Source of the DNA: Pyrinomonadaceae bacterium
Lineage (GTDB): Bacteria; Acidobacteriota; Blastocatellia; Pyrinomonadales; Pyrinomonadaceae
DNA: 64,000 bases
Reading direction: 5' to 3'
NCBI GenBank assembly: GCA_046313635.1
Contig: JBKBYA010000008.1
Location: 32,001-96,000 of the forward strand
Shown here: one piece after another, positions 8,608-16,516 of the stretch
Layout of the letters: every line of letters begins with the position of its first letter
Position numbering within the stretch: the stretch's first letter is position 1
The notes under the pieces: model-generated
What the model was told of the DNA's origin: nothing
Databases searched by the model: none
Seen by the model: only the letters and a program-made list of their open reading frames with translations
Position numbers and translations under genes: made by a program

Positions 8608-9690
8608 ATGACAGAGCGGATATTCAACTTCAGCGCCGGGCCGGCGGTGCTGCCCGTGCCCGTCCTCGAACGCGCACGCGACGAGATGCTCAGCCTGACT
8701 GGCAGCGGGATGAGCGTGATGGAGATGAGCCACCGGTCGGAGCGGTTTGGCGAGGTGCTGCACGGGGCCGAGAGCGGACTGCGGCGGCTGCTCGCGGTGC
8801 CGGCGAATTACTCGATCCTCTTTTTGCAGGGCGGGGCATCGCTGCAGTTCTCGATGGTGCCGATGAATCTGCTTGGCGGCGGCACGGCCGATTATGTCGT
8901 CACGGGAGCCTGGGGATCGAAAGCATTTAACGAAGCCGCTAAATTCGGCTCGCCGCGCCTCGCATACGACGGCCGCGAAAATGGGTTTACCGATATTCCG
9001 CGCCCGGAGCGTCTCGATCTCTCGCCAAATGCCAGATACGTGCACTACACGTCAAACGAGACGATCGACGGTGTGGAATTCAAATACGAGCTCGACGGCC
9101 ACGGTGTGCCGGTAGTCTGCGACGCGTCGTCAAACATCCTCTCAAAACCGATCGACGTCGAGCGATACGCGCTGATCTACGCCGGAGCGCAAAAGAATAT
9201 CGGCCCGAGCGGGGTCACCCTCGTGATCATTCGCGACGACCTCCTGCAGCTCTGCCCCGACGGTCTGCCGTCGCTGCTCGACTACCGCACCTTCGCCGAG
9301 CACGGCTCGATGCCGAATACGCCCAACACGTGGGGCATATACCTCATCAGCCTCGTCTGCGATTGGCTCGAGGACCTCGGCGGCGTGCCCGCGATCGAAA
9401 AGCGCAATCGCGAAAAGGCCGCGATCCTCTACGACGCGATCGACTCGAGCGACGGCTATTATCGCGGCCACGCGGCGCGAGAGGCGCGTTCGCTGATGAA
9501 TGTGACCTTCCGTCTGCGCGACGCGGCGCTCGAAGATAAGTTTTGCCGCGAAGCCGAAGCCTCCGGCCTCGACGGCCTGCGCGGTCACCGCTCGGTCGGC
9601 GGCGTGCGAGCGTCGATCTACAATGCGTTCCCGCTAGAGGGAGTGGAGAGATTGGTCGAGTTTATGCGTGAGTTTGCCGCGCGCAATTAG
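8608..9690 (+). CDS. serC: Phosphoserine aminotransferase
   Basis: NFSAGPAVLP, EMSHRS, YAGAQKNIGPSG and GHRSVGGVRASIYNA. Confidence 0.96.
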   Translation: MTERIFNFSAGPAVLPVPVLERARDEMLSLTGSGMSVMEMSHRSERFGEVLHGAESGLRRLLAVPANYSILFLQGGASLQFSMVPMNLLGGGTADYVVTGAWGSKAFNEAAKFGSPRLAYDGRENGFTDIPRPERLDLSPNARYVHYTSNETIDGVEFKYELDGHGVPVVCDASSNILSKPIDVERYALIYAGAQKNIGPSGVTLVIIRDDLLQLCPDGLPSLLDYRTFAEHGSMPNTPNTWGIYLISLVCDWLEDLGGVPAIEKRNREKAAILYDAIDSSDGYYRGHAAREARSLMNVTFRLRDAALEDKFCREAEASGLDGLRGHRSVGGVRASIYNAFPLEGVERLVEFMREFAARN

Positions 9691-9693
9691 GAG

Positions 9694-11100
9694 CTACAGC
9701 GCGGAGAGCGCGTCGCGGAGCAGCCCTTCGTCTTCGGCCGCTACGGTCCTCAGATCGATCAGCAGTCGATCGTCGGCAATGCGGGCGACGACCGGCGGCC
9801 GGCCGGCCCGGAGACTCGCTTCCATTTCCGCGGCAGTACGCTCGCTGTGCCGCAGCGCGATCAGCGTCGTAAACGGCTGCTCGAGCGGCGCCGAACCGCC
9901 GCCGACGGCAGAGAGTCCGTCGATCAATTCGGCCGTGAGCGATGGACCTGCGATCGCATCGACCAGCGCCTCTGCGCGCCGACGGATCTCGCCGCTGCCG
10001 GCCGCGAGCATCTTCAGTACCGGGACCTCTCCGGCAGCACGACCGCTCAGATGCGCGTCGAGCGTCGCCTCGAGCGCGGCATAGATCAGCTTATCCACCC
10101 GCAAAGCACGATACAGCGGATGGCGCCGGACGCGCTCGACGAGCTCACGGCGCCCGACGATCAGACCGGCCTGCGGGCCGCCGAGCAGTTTATCCCCGCT
10201 GAAGGTGACGATGTCGGCCCCGGCGGCGATCGACTCGGCGATAACGGGCTCGTCGGTGATCCCGAGCTCGCGCAGCTCCGCAGTTGCTCCCGATCCTGCA
10301 TCCTCGATCAGCAAAATGCCGCGTTCGTGCGCGAGCTCCGCGAGATCGGCGATCGCAGGCGCGGCGGTGAAGCCGACGATACGAAAGTTGGAGGGATGGA
10401 CGCGCAGCAGCACGGCCGTGTTTTCGCCGATCGCCCGTTCGTAATCCGCGAGCTTGGTCCTGTTGGTCGTCCCGACCTCACGCAGCGTCGCCCCGGAACG
10501 GGCAAGCACGTCCGGCACGCGAAAGTCGCCGCCGATCTCGACCAGCTCGCCGCGCGAGACGATCACCTCGCGTCCGGCCGCAAATGCGGAAAGCACCAGC
10601 AACGCGGCGGCCGCGCAATTGTTGACGACGACCGCGTCCTCGGCGCCGGTGAGCTCGCAGAGCATCTCGTCGACACGCTGACCGCGGCGGCCGCGGGCAC
10701 CGGTCGAGAGATCGTATTCGAGAGCGCAGTAGCCGGCCGCTTCGACGATCGCGTTTCGGGCCGCATTCGACAGCGGGGCACGGCCGAGGTTGGTGTGGAT
10801 CACGACGCCGGTCGCATTGATCACACGACCGAGACCGCGCCGAGACATTTGCCTCCACTTCTCGTTGAGACGCGCCTCGGCCTCGTCGAGCAGGGCCTCG
10901 CGCGCATTGCTACCGGCCCGCAGTTCGCCGTCTGCAAGGGCGGACCTCATCTCGTCAAGCACCGCTCTCGCGAGCGCCGTCAGGCGGTCGGCTCCCGCCG
11001 CGTCGCGGATCGACCCGGCCGCCGACGAACGGAGCAGACGATCGACCGACGGGAGAAGGCTAAGATCTCTTATCTCGGTTTTTTCCGGCCGCGACGTCAT
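9694..11100 (-). CDS. selA: L-seryl-tRNA(Sec) selenium transferase
   Basis: VINATGVVIHTNLGRAPL, VSRGELVEIGGDFRVPD, EVGTTNRT and FSGDKLLGGPQAG. Confidence 0.95.
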   Translation of the reverse strand: MTSRPEKTEIRDLSLLPSVDRLLRSSAAGSIRDAAGADRLTALARAVLDEMRSALADGELRAGSNAREALLDEAEARLNEKWRQMSRRGLGRVINATGVVIHTNLGRAPLSNAARNAIVEAAGYCALEYDLSTGARGRRGQRVDEMLCELTGAEDAVVVNNCAAAALLVLSAFAAGREVIVSRGELVEIGGDFRVPDVLARSGATLREVGTTNRTKLADYERAIGENTAVLLRVHPSNFRIVGFTAAPAIADLAELAHERGILLIEDAGSGATAELRELGITDEPVIAESIAAGADIVTFSGDKLLGGPQAGLIVGRRELVERVRRHPLYRALRVDKLIYAALEATLDAHLSGRAAGEVPVLKMLAAGSGEIRRRAEALVDAIAGPSLTAELIDGLSAVGGGSAPLEQPFTTLIALRHSERTAAEMEASLRAGRPPVVARIADDRLLIDLRTVAAEDEGLLRDALSAL

Positions 11101-11223
11101 GCCGATATTGTAGTTTGAAATCGGCTCAAAAGCGGAAGCCGCCCGCGATTCAGCGTTTTTGATTATTGACCGGCAATACCGGCCGCGTCGTCACCCGCCC
11201 TCGTCCAACGGTCGTAGAATGTC

Positions 11224-11538
11224 ATGTCAGCTCCGGTCAACCGTCTCTATCAGCAAAGATCGAAACAAGAAGAAGCTCTCGAGATAGAGCGTCAGCTCGG
11301 GCGCCTCGAGGACGACGTGCGCAGGCTTAAGATCGAATTCGACATCTTTTTCAACGGCGGGGCCAAGCGTCCGCCGCTCGAGGCGCGGGCACGTCTGGAG
11401 GCCCTCATCAAACGAATGTCGGACAACCGCACGCTGACGTTCTCGCAGCGGTATCTTTTTAACACTCTCGTCGCCAGATACGTCTCTTACCGCGAACTCT
11501 GGCGACGACAGCTCAAGGCCCGCGGCATCGACGTATAA
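11224..11538 (+). CDS. Small helical protein resembling the MXAN_5187 C-terminal domain family
   Basis: LKIEFDIFFNGGAKRPP and RYLFNTLVARYVSYRELW pattern; family recalled from memory. Confidence 0.6.
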   Translation: MSAPVNRLYQQRSKQEEALEIERQLGRLEDDVRRLKIEFDIFFNGGAKRPPLEARARLEALIKRMSDNRTLTFSQRYLFNTLVARYVSYRELWRRQLKARGIDV

Positions 11539-11609
11539 GTACTGCCCATCGTCGATACGGGTGAGGCCGCGAGTCGGTTTGTTTTCAGACAAGCAGCTTG
11601 TTCTCGAAC

Positions 11610-11638
11610 AAAAAGGCGACCCGATATCGGGTCGCCTT
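11610..11638. terminator. Terminator hairpin between convergent genes (U-tract on minus strand, after the cold-shock gene)
   Basis: Perfect 26-bp palindrome AAGGCGACCCGATATCGGGTCGCCTT (11613-11638). Confidence 0.75.
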
Positions 11639-11694
11639 CCTGTTTATTATCTGCTGCAGCGGAAAGGGGAGCTGCCGGCAGCGGTCAAAAGCCC

Positions 11695-11904
11695 TTACGC
11701 CACCGTGGCGACGTTTTCGGCCTGTGGTCCCTTGGGTCCGTTGATGACTTCAAACTCGACCTCCTGTCCCTGCAGCAGGGTCTTGTACCCGTCGCCGGCA
11801 ATGGCGCTGTAGTGCACAAAAATATCCTGCTCGCCGGGCTGCTCGATGAAGCCGTAGCCCTTCGCGTTATTGAACCATTTGACCTTACCGATCGTTTTAG
11901 ACAT
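11695..11904 (-). CDS. Cold-shock protein (CspA family)
   Basis: [15 protein letters not shown] (RNP1) and DIFVHYSAI (RNP2). AGGAGG RBS. Confidence 0.96.
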   Translation of the reverse strand: MSKTIGKVKWFNNAKGYGFIEQPGEQDIFVHYSAIAGDGYKTLLQGQEVEFEVINGPKGPQAENVATVA

Positions 11905-12143
11905 CTCTTGTAAATCCTCCTGCGTACTTCTGACAAAAGTGAATTCTCTCTACCGCCGCTTGTTCTTTCTGTGAGTGTGAGACCTCGGTAAAAAGCAGGG
12001 AGCTGCGAGCGTCGTTAGCTAAAAGTGGCAATCGCCGACGCAGTCCAAAATCTATCTCTAACACGGCCATCTGCCAATTAGCTCAATCTTAAACCGCAAG
12101 ATTTTTGAATGGATTTTGTGTGTGTTGTGAATAGACGAACGTG

Positions 12144-12173
12144 AATTTAATCCAAACAAAGAAGGGTTGTCAA
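12144..12173 (-). promoter_or_regulatory. Candidate sigma70 promoter for the cold-shock gene
   Basis: Minus strand TTGACA (12173-12168), 18 nt, TAAATT (12149-12144). Confidence 0.5.
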
Positions 12174-12274
12174 GAACCTTCCCCCGGCCCGCGCCCGCCG
12201 CCGCCGAGCGTGTTGACACGCGGTGCGCAAAGTCAGAACATTGGGCTGATCAACTCGGTTTCATTTGTCGCCCG

Positions 12275-13060
12275 ATGACCCAAGAATACGGAAAGGATAC
12301 ACCGCTCTCATACAACAAATATCTCAAGGTGCGCGAGCTGCTCGACCTGCAGCAGACGCTCTCTGACCCGACCAGCCACGACGAGCTGCTCTTTATCATC
12401 ATTCACCAGACCTACGAGCTGTGGTTCAAGCAGGTATTGCACGAGATCGACGCTACGATCAAATGGCTCGACGAGGGCCGGACGTTTCGTGCAAATCACA
12501 GCCTGCGCGCGGTGATCGGTATCGAAAAGGTCCTCGTCACGCAGATCCACATTCTCGAGTCGATGGCGCAGATCGGCTTTCTCGAGTTTCGAGACAAGCT
12601 CAACCCGGCGAGCGGATTTCAGTCGATGCAGTTTCGCGAGCTCGAATTTGTCTCCGGCATCAAGGACGAGCGAATACTCGAGACATTCAAGGACGACGAG
12701 TTTGCGTACGAGCGTCTCAGCCGCCGCTTTGCCGAAAAGAGCCTCGCCGACGCGTTCTGGAGCCTGCTCGGCCGCGGCGGATCTGCCGTCGACTCACACG
12801 ACGAGCGCGTCCAGGCGATCGTCGAAATTCTCACGCACCCCGAAACATATCCGGACCTTTTCAATATGCAGGACCTGCTCATCGAGCACGACGAGAACGT
12901 CTCGCTCTGGCGATATCATCACGTGCTGATGGTCGAGAGAATGCTCGGCAAAAAGCGCGGCACCGGCGGATCAGAAGGCGTGGGATATCTGATGACGACG
13001 GTCACCAAAAGATTCTTCCCCGAGCTGTGGGAGGCCCGCACGCATCTCAAGGCTCTCTAG
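12275..13060 (+). CDS. kynA: Tryptophan 2,3-dioxygenase
   Basis: HDELLFIIIHQTYELWFKQ, ASGFQSMQFRELE and RMLGKKRGTGGSEGVGYL. Confidence 0.94.
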   Translation: MTQEYGKDTPLSYNKYLKVRELLDLQQTLSDPTSHDELLFIIIHQTYELWFKQVLHEIDATIKWLDEGRTFRANHSLRAVIGIEKVLVTQIHILESMAQIGFLEFRDKLNPASGFQSMQFRELEFVSGIKDERILETFKDDEFAYERLSRRFAEKSLADAFWSLLGRGGSAVDSHDERVQAIVEILTHPETYPDLFNMQDLLIEHDENVSLWRYHHVLMVERMLGKKRGTGGSEGVGYLMTTVTKRFFPELWEARTHLKAL

Positions 13061-14532
13061 CGGCTCTCGTTCCCCAGCCGATCAACCGCGGACACAAACA
13101 CACTCTCGATCTTTCGGTCCGCCGACAGTGCGATCGAGCGTTCGCTCGCCGGCAGCACCGTGTAACTCCAGCCGTCTTTGTCCTTGACGTAAATGACAAA
13201 CCAGAATGCGCGGCGAGCTCCGCGCTCGCTCCAACGTACGCGGACGAACTGCCGATCTCGGCTGATCGTCACTTTTGGCGGCGAGATCTTTTTGGTCTTA
13301 ATCCAGGAAAAGTTGGGAACGACCGCGTCGCGTCTGTAAACGCGATCGCGGAGTTCGCTCTGGATCCCGCCCATGTCGCTTCGCAGCGACTTGAAGCTGA
13401 AAAAGATCGCCCCGGTCGTCTCCGGCGAGCGTCTCGTCGTCTCGATCTGATCCGCGATCTCGCCGGCGGTGAATGTCTTTGTCGAGCCGATGCGATACGC
13501 CGCGATGCCCGGCCAGATGAATCTGCGTTTTGTGTTCTGCGACCGCCACCAAGCGAGCAGCACCGGAAAGCTCTGCCCTTCGCGGGCCGTCTCCCAATAG
13601 AGCTGCGGCGCCAGATAATCGACCGTGCCGTCCTGCAGCCACTTGCGCGCGTCGGCGTAGAGCTCGGCGAATGCGTTGAATCCCTTGATCCCTTTTTCAG
13701 GCTCGGGCTGCCAGATGCCGAAGGGCGAGATGCCGTAGACGACATCTGGCCTGATCCGCTTGATCTCGCGGCCCACGGCCTCGATAAATCGATTTACCTG
13801 ATCGCGTCGCCAGTCGCCGCGCGAGAGCTTGCCGTCGCGGTTTTGATACGTCAGCCAGTTTTGCTCGTCGGGAAATTCGATCTTGTTGCCCGCCGCGTCC
13901 TTCTCGGCATACGGATAAAAGTAATCGTCAAAGTGCACACCGTCGACATCGTATCGGCGAACGACGTCCTTGATCACCTCGAGCGAATGACGCTGCGCGG
14001 CCGCGTCGGTCGGGTCGAGCCATTTGTACCGGCCGTAGTCGCGGACGAACTCGGGATGAGTCTTTGAAATGTGATAGTCGGAGATCGTTTTCGCTGACGG
14101 ATGGAACGCGCGATACGGGTTGAACCAAGCGTGAACGAGAATGCCGCGGCGGTGCGCTTCGGTGACTAGAAACGCGAGCGGATCGAAGTCTTGCGCCTTG
14201 CCCATCTGGCCGGTCAAAAACTCGGACCAAGGCTCCAGCCTCGATCTGTAAACGGCGTCGGCCATCGGCCGCACCTGAAAGACGACGGCGTTAAGCCGCA
14301 GCTTTTGCGCGAGATCCAGACTTTCGAGCAGCTCTTGCTTTTGCTGGTCGGGCGACAGATTTCGCCGGCTTGGAAAGTCGATGTTGTCGACCGTCGCGAT
14401 CCACGCCGCTCTGAACTCGCGTTCGACCTTTGGCCGCGGCGGCGCGCTTTTGTCCGGGCTTTGCGGCTGCGCGTGCAGAACCGCTGCGCTTAGCAGCAGG
14501 AGAAGCAGAAGCTGAAGCAGCACGCTTTGCAT
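13057..14532 (-). CDS. DUF187/GHL10 glycoside hydrolase (YddW/DigH-like), secreted
   Basis: Signal peptide from ATG 14532, then EFRAAWIATVDNIDFP, FQVRPMADA, HAWFNPYRA, DGVHFDDYFYPY and DYLAPQLYW. Confidence 0.9.
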   Translation of the reverse strand: MQSVLLQLLLLLLLSAAVLHAQPQSPDKSAPPRPKVEREFRAAWIATVDNIDFPSRRNLSPDQQKQELLESLDLAQKLRLNAVVFQVRPMADAVYRSRLEPWSEFLTGQMGKAQDFDPLAFLVTEAHRRGILVHAWFNPYRAFHPSAKTISDYHISKTHPEFVRDYGRYKWLDPTDAAAQRHSLEVIKDVVRRYDVDGVHFDDYFYPYAEKDAAGNKIEFPDEQNWLTYQNRDGKLSRGDWRRDQVNRFIEAVGREIKRIRPDVVYGISPFGIWQPEPEKGIKGFNAFAELYADARKWLQDGTVDYLAPQLYWETAREGQSFPVLLAWWRSQNTKRRFIWPGIAAYRIGSTKTFTAGEIADQIETTRRSPETTGAIFFSFKSLRSDMGGIQSELRDRVYRRDAVVPNFSWIKTKKISPPKVTISRDRQFVRVRWSERGARRAFWFVIYVKDKDGWSYTVLPASERSIALSADRKIESVFVSAVDRLGNESR

Positions 14533-15163
14533 TTTTAGCTGCTCTCGTTTTTGCAGGAGCCGAAATATTTTTGACCGGTGCACTCTTTTTCTTTGCGGTT
14601 CCGGCAGACCTTTTCCCGGCGGCTTTTGCAGGAGCAGAACTGTTTCGTCCAGTTTCGCCTTTTCCGTTTGCAGAGACGACGACGATCGGAGCGTCCTCGA
14701 CCTTGGTCCGCGCGGAGCGGCGGCCTGAGATCGGACGATCGATGACGAGTTTGACCGGGGCGAAGATCTTAACATCAGGCTTTGCGGGTCTCAGCTTAGA
14801 CTTGTCGGCATCGGCCGGGCAAGCGAACGACCGATTGTGCTTGAGGTCTTCGATCGCGGCGATCCGGCGAGCTTCGTTCTCCTCGCGCATCACGCAGACG
14901 ACATTCGATTCGTTCTGCTTGATGCACTTGCTTCGCTTATGGCGTTTGACCTCCGCTCGAAGCGACTCGGTCTCGCCGATGCAGCTCACGAAATGATGTC
15001 CGCCGCCGAATTTGTCTGTCTGCCTGCGCGAAAAAATGAATACGGCCGGACCGTCGTCGATATCGCCGGAGATCGGAAAAACTTCGAAGCTGTACTGCGA
15101 TTTCCGTCCGCGAAAAACAGCCTGCGATATCCTCTTTGACTTCTTATTTCGTGGGTGCTTCAT
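14291..15163 (-). CDS. Hypothetical protein with GIY-YIG-like N-terminal domain and Lys/Ala-rich histone-H1-like tail
   Basis: AVFIF...VSCIGET.SL...RH pattern resembles a degenerate GIY-YIG fold, followed by ~130 aa of K/A/R/S/P-rich sequence. The 3' end overlaps the next gene by 242 nt. Confidence 0.65.
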   Translation of the reverse strand: MKHPRNKKSKRISQAVFRGRKSQYSFEVFPISGDIDDGPAVFIFSRRQTDKFGGGHHFVSCIGETESLRAEVKRHKRSKCIKQNESNVVCVMREENEARRIAAIEDLKHNRSFACPADADKSKLRPAKPDVKIFAPVKLVIDRPISGRRSARTKVEDAPIVVVSANGKGETGRNSSAPAKAAGKRSAGTAKKKSAPVKNISAPAKTRAAKNAKRAASASASPAAKRSGSARAAAKPGQKRAAAAKGRTRVQSGVDRDGRQHRLSKPAKSVARPAKARAARKSGSRAKAAA

Positions 15164-15219
15164 ATGAGATAGTGTATCATATATGAAACACCCGCCCAAC
15201 CGCAAAAAGCCCGTGTTTG

Positions 15220-16437
15220 CTAGACGAAACGCGAAAACACGTCGTTCGAAACAAGCATTCCGCGACGCGTCAGACGCAGCTTCCGCTCGTCGAATTCGAT
15301 CAGCCCGGCGTCGGCAAGTTCGTCGATCGCGTCGCCGAATCTCCCGGCGATATCGCTGCCAAACCGGTCGCCGAATCTCACTCGATCGATGCCCTCGTTC
15401 ATTCTCAGACCAAGAAAAACGAACTCCGATTCCGCATCGATCGCCTCGCGCGTCGTTTCGGCCGAGCCAAGTTTTTCGATCAGCCGAACGTAGGCGGCCG
15501 TGTCGCGCTCATTCGCATAGCGCTCGACGCCGTCGAACGAATGCGCCGACACGCCAAAGCCGAATACCGGGTCGAGCAGCCAATACTTGGAATTGTGCCG
15601 CGACTCGCGGCCCGGCTTTGCAAAGTTTGAGATCTCGTACTGTCGGAAGCCCGCCGATCCGACCGTGTCGATCATCAGCTCGTACATCTCGGCGGCGAGG
15701 TCTTCGTCCGGAGCGGGCTGGCGGCCGCTGCGGACCTGCTCCGCGAGCGGTGTGCCCTCGTGGATCTCGAGCAGATAGAGCGAGAGATGTTCGGGATCGA
15801 GGGCGAGAGCCTCGTCTAGGTTTCGCCGCCAGTCGTCGAGCGTCTGCCGCGGCAGACCGGCGATCAGGTCGAAACTGACGTTGTCGAATCCGGCGTCGCG
15901 CAGCATTCGAAAAGTCTCTCTCGCGTCCCGCGCGTCGTGCCCGCGGGCGAGCCGCTTGAGCTCGGTATCGTCAAACGTCTGCACGCCGAAGCTCGCGCGG
16001 TTGATGCCGAGCCGCCGGTACGCTTGAAGCGACTCGGGCGTGACGGTCGCCGGATTCATCTCCATCGTGATCTCGGCGTTGGGGGAAACAGCGAAGTAAT
16101 CGCGAACAACGTTGAGGATTTTCTCCACCTGGTCGGGCATGAGCAGCGAAGGCGTCCCGCCGCCGAAGTAGATCGTGTCAATGGATTTTGGATTTTGGAT
16201 TTTGGATTTCGGATTTAATTCCGCGTTCCGCACTCCGCATTCCGCATTGGGGGCACGCTCCCTAACGGTCGCGTTTCTGCCCGTAGTTTCGATCTCTTTG
16301 CAGAGAGCGGCGACGTATCGCTCGACCGTCGAGGCGTCGCGATAGACGTCGGTCGCAAAGTCGCAGTACGAACAGCGCGATCTGCAGAACGGGATGTGAA
16401 GATAAACTCCGGCGGACATTGGCTTGACGTCAGCCAT
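15220..16437 (-). CDS. hemW: Radical SAM heme chaperone HemW (HemN-like), with in-frame repeat insertion
   Basis: YLHIPFCRSRCSYCDF, YFGGGTPS, QYEISNF and HNSKYW. Confidence 0.9.
   Translation of the reverse strand: MADVKPMSAGVYLHIPFCRSRCSYCDFATDVYRDASTVERYVAALCKEIETTGRNATVRERAPNAECGVRNAELNPKSKIQNPKSIDTIYFGGGTPSLLMPDQVEKILNVVRDYFAVSPNAEITMEMNPATVTPESLQAYRRLGINRASFGVQTFDDTELKRLARGHDARDARETFRMLRDAGFDNVSFDLIAGLPRQTLDDWRRNLDEALALDPEHLSLYLLEIHEGTPLAEQVRSGRQPAPDEDLAAEMYELMIDTVGSAGFRQYEISNFAKPGRESRHNSKYWLLDPVFGFGVSAHSFDGVERYANERDTAAYVRLIEKLGSAETTREAIDAESEFVFLGLRMNEGIDRVRFGDRFGSDIAGRFGDAIDELADAGLIEFDERKLRLTRRGMLVSNDVFSRFV
16183..16283. repeat. Composite intragenic repeat: (GGATTTN)x5, (NYTCCGC)x4 and a REP-like palindrome
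   Basis: Read directly: 16183-16217, 16218-16248, and GGCACGCTCCCTAACGGTCGCGTTTCTGCCCG at 16252-16283. Confidence 0.9.
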
Positions 16438-16443
16438 TCGGAA

Positions 16444-16478
16444 TAACTGATAACTGACAACTTAAAACTTATAACTGA
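16444..16478. repeat. Heptamer tandem repeat in the purL-hemW spacer
   Basis: TAACTGA TAACTGA CAACTTA AAACTTA TAACTGA. Confidence 0.75.
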
Positions 16479-16516
16479 AGACCATAAACCGCGTCATCAA
16501 GGCTATCAACTGTCGG

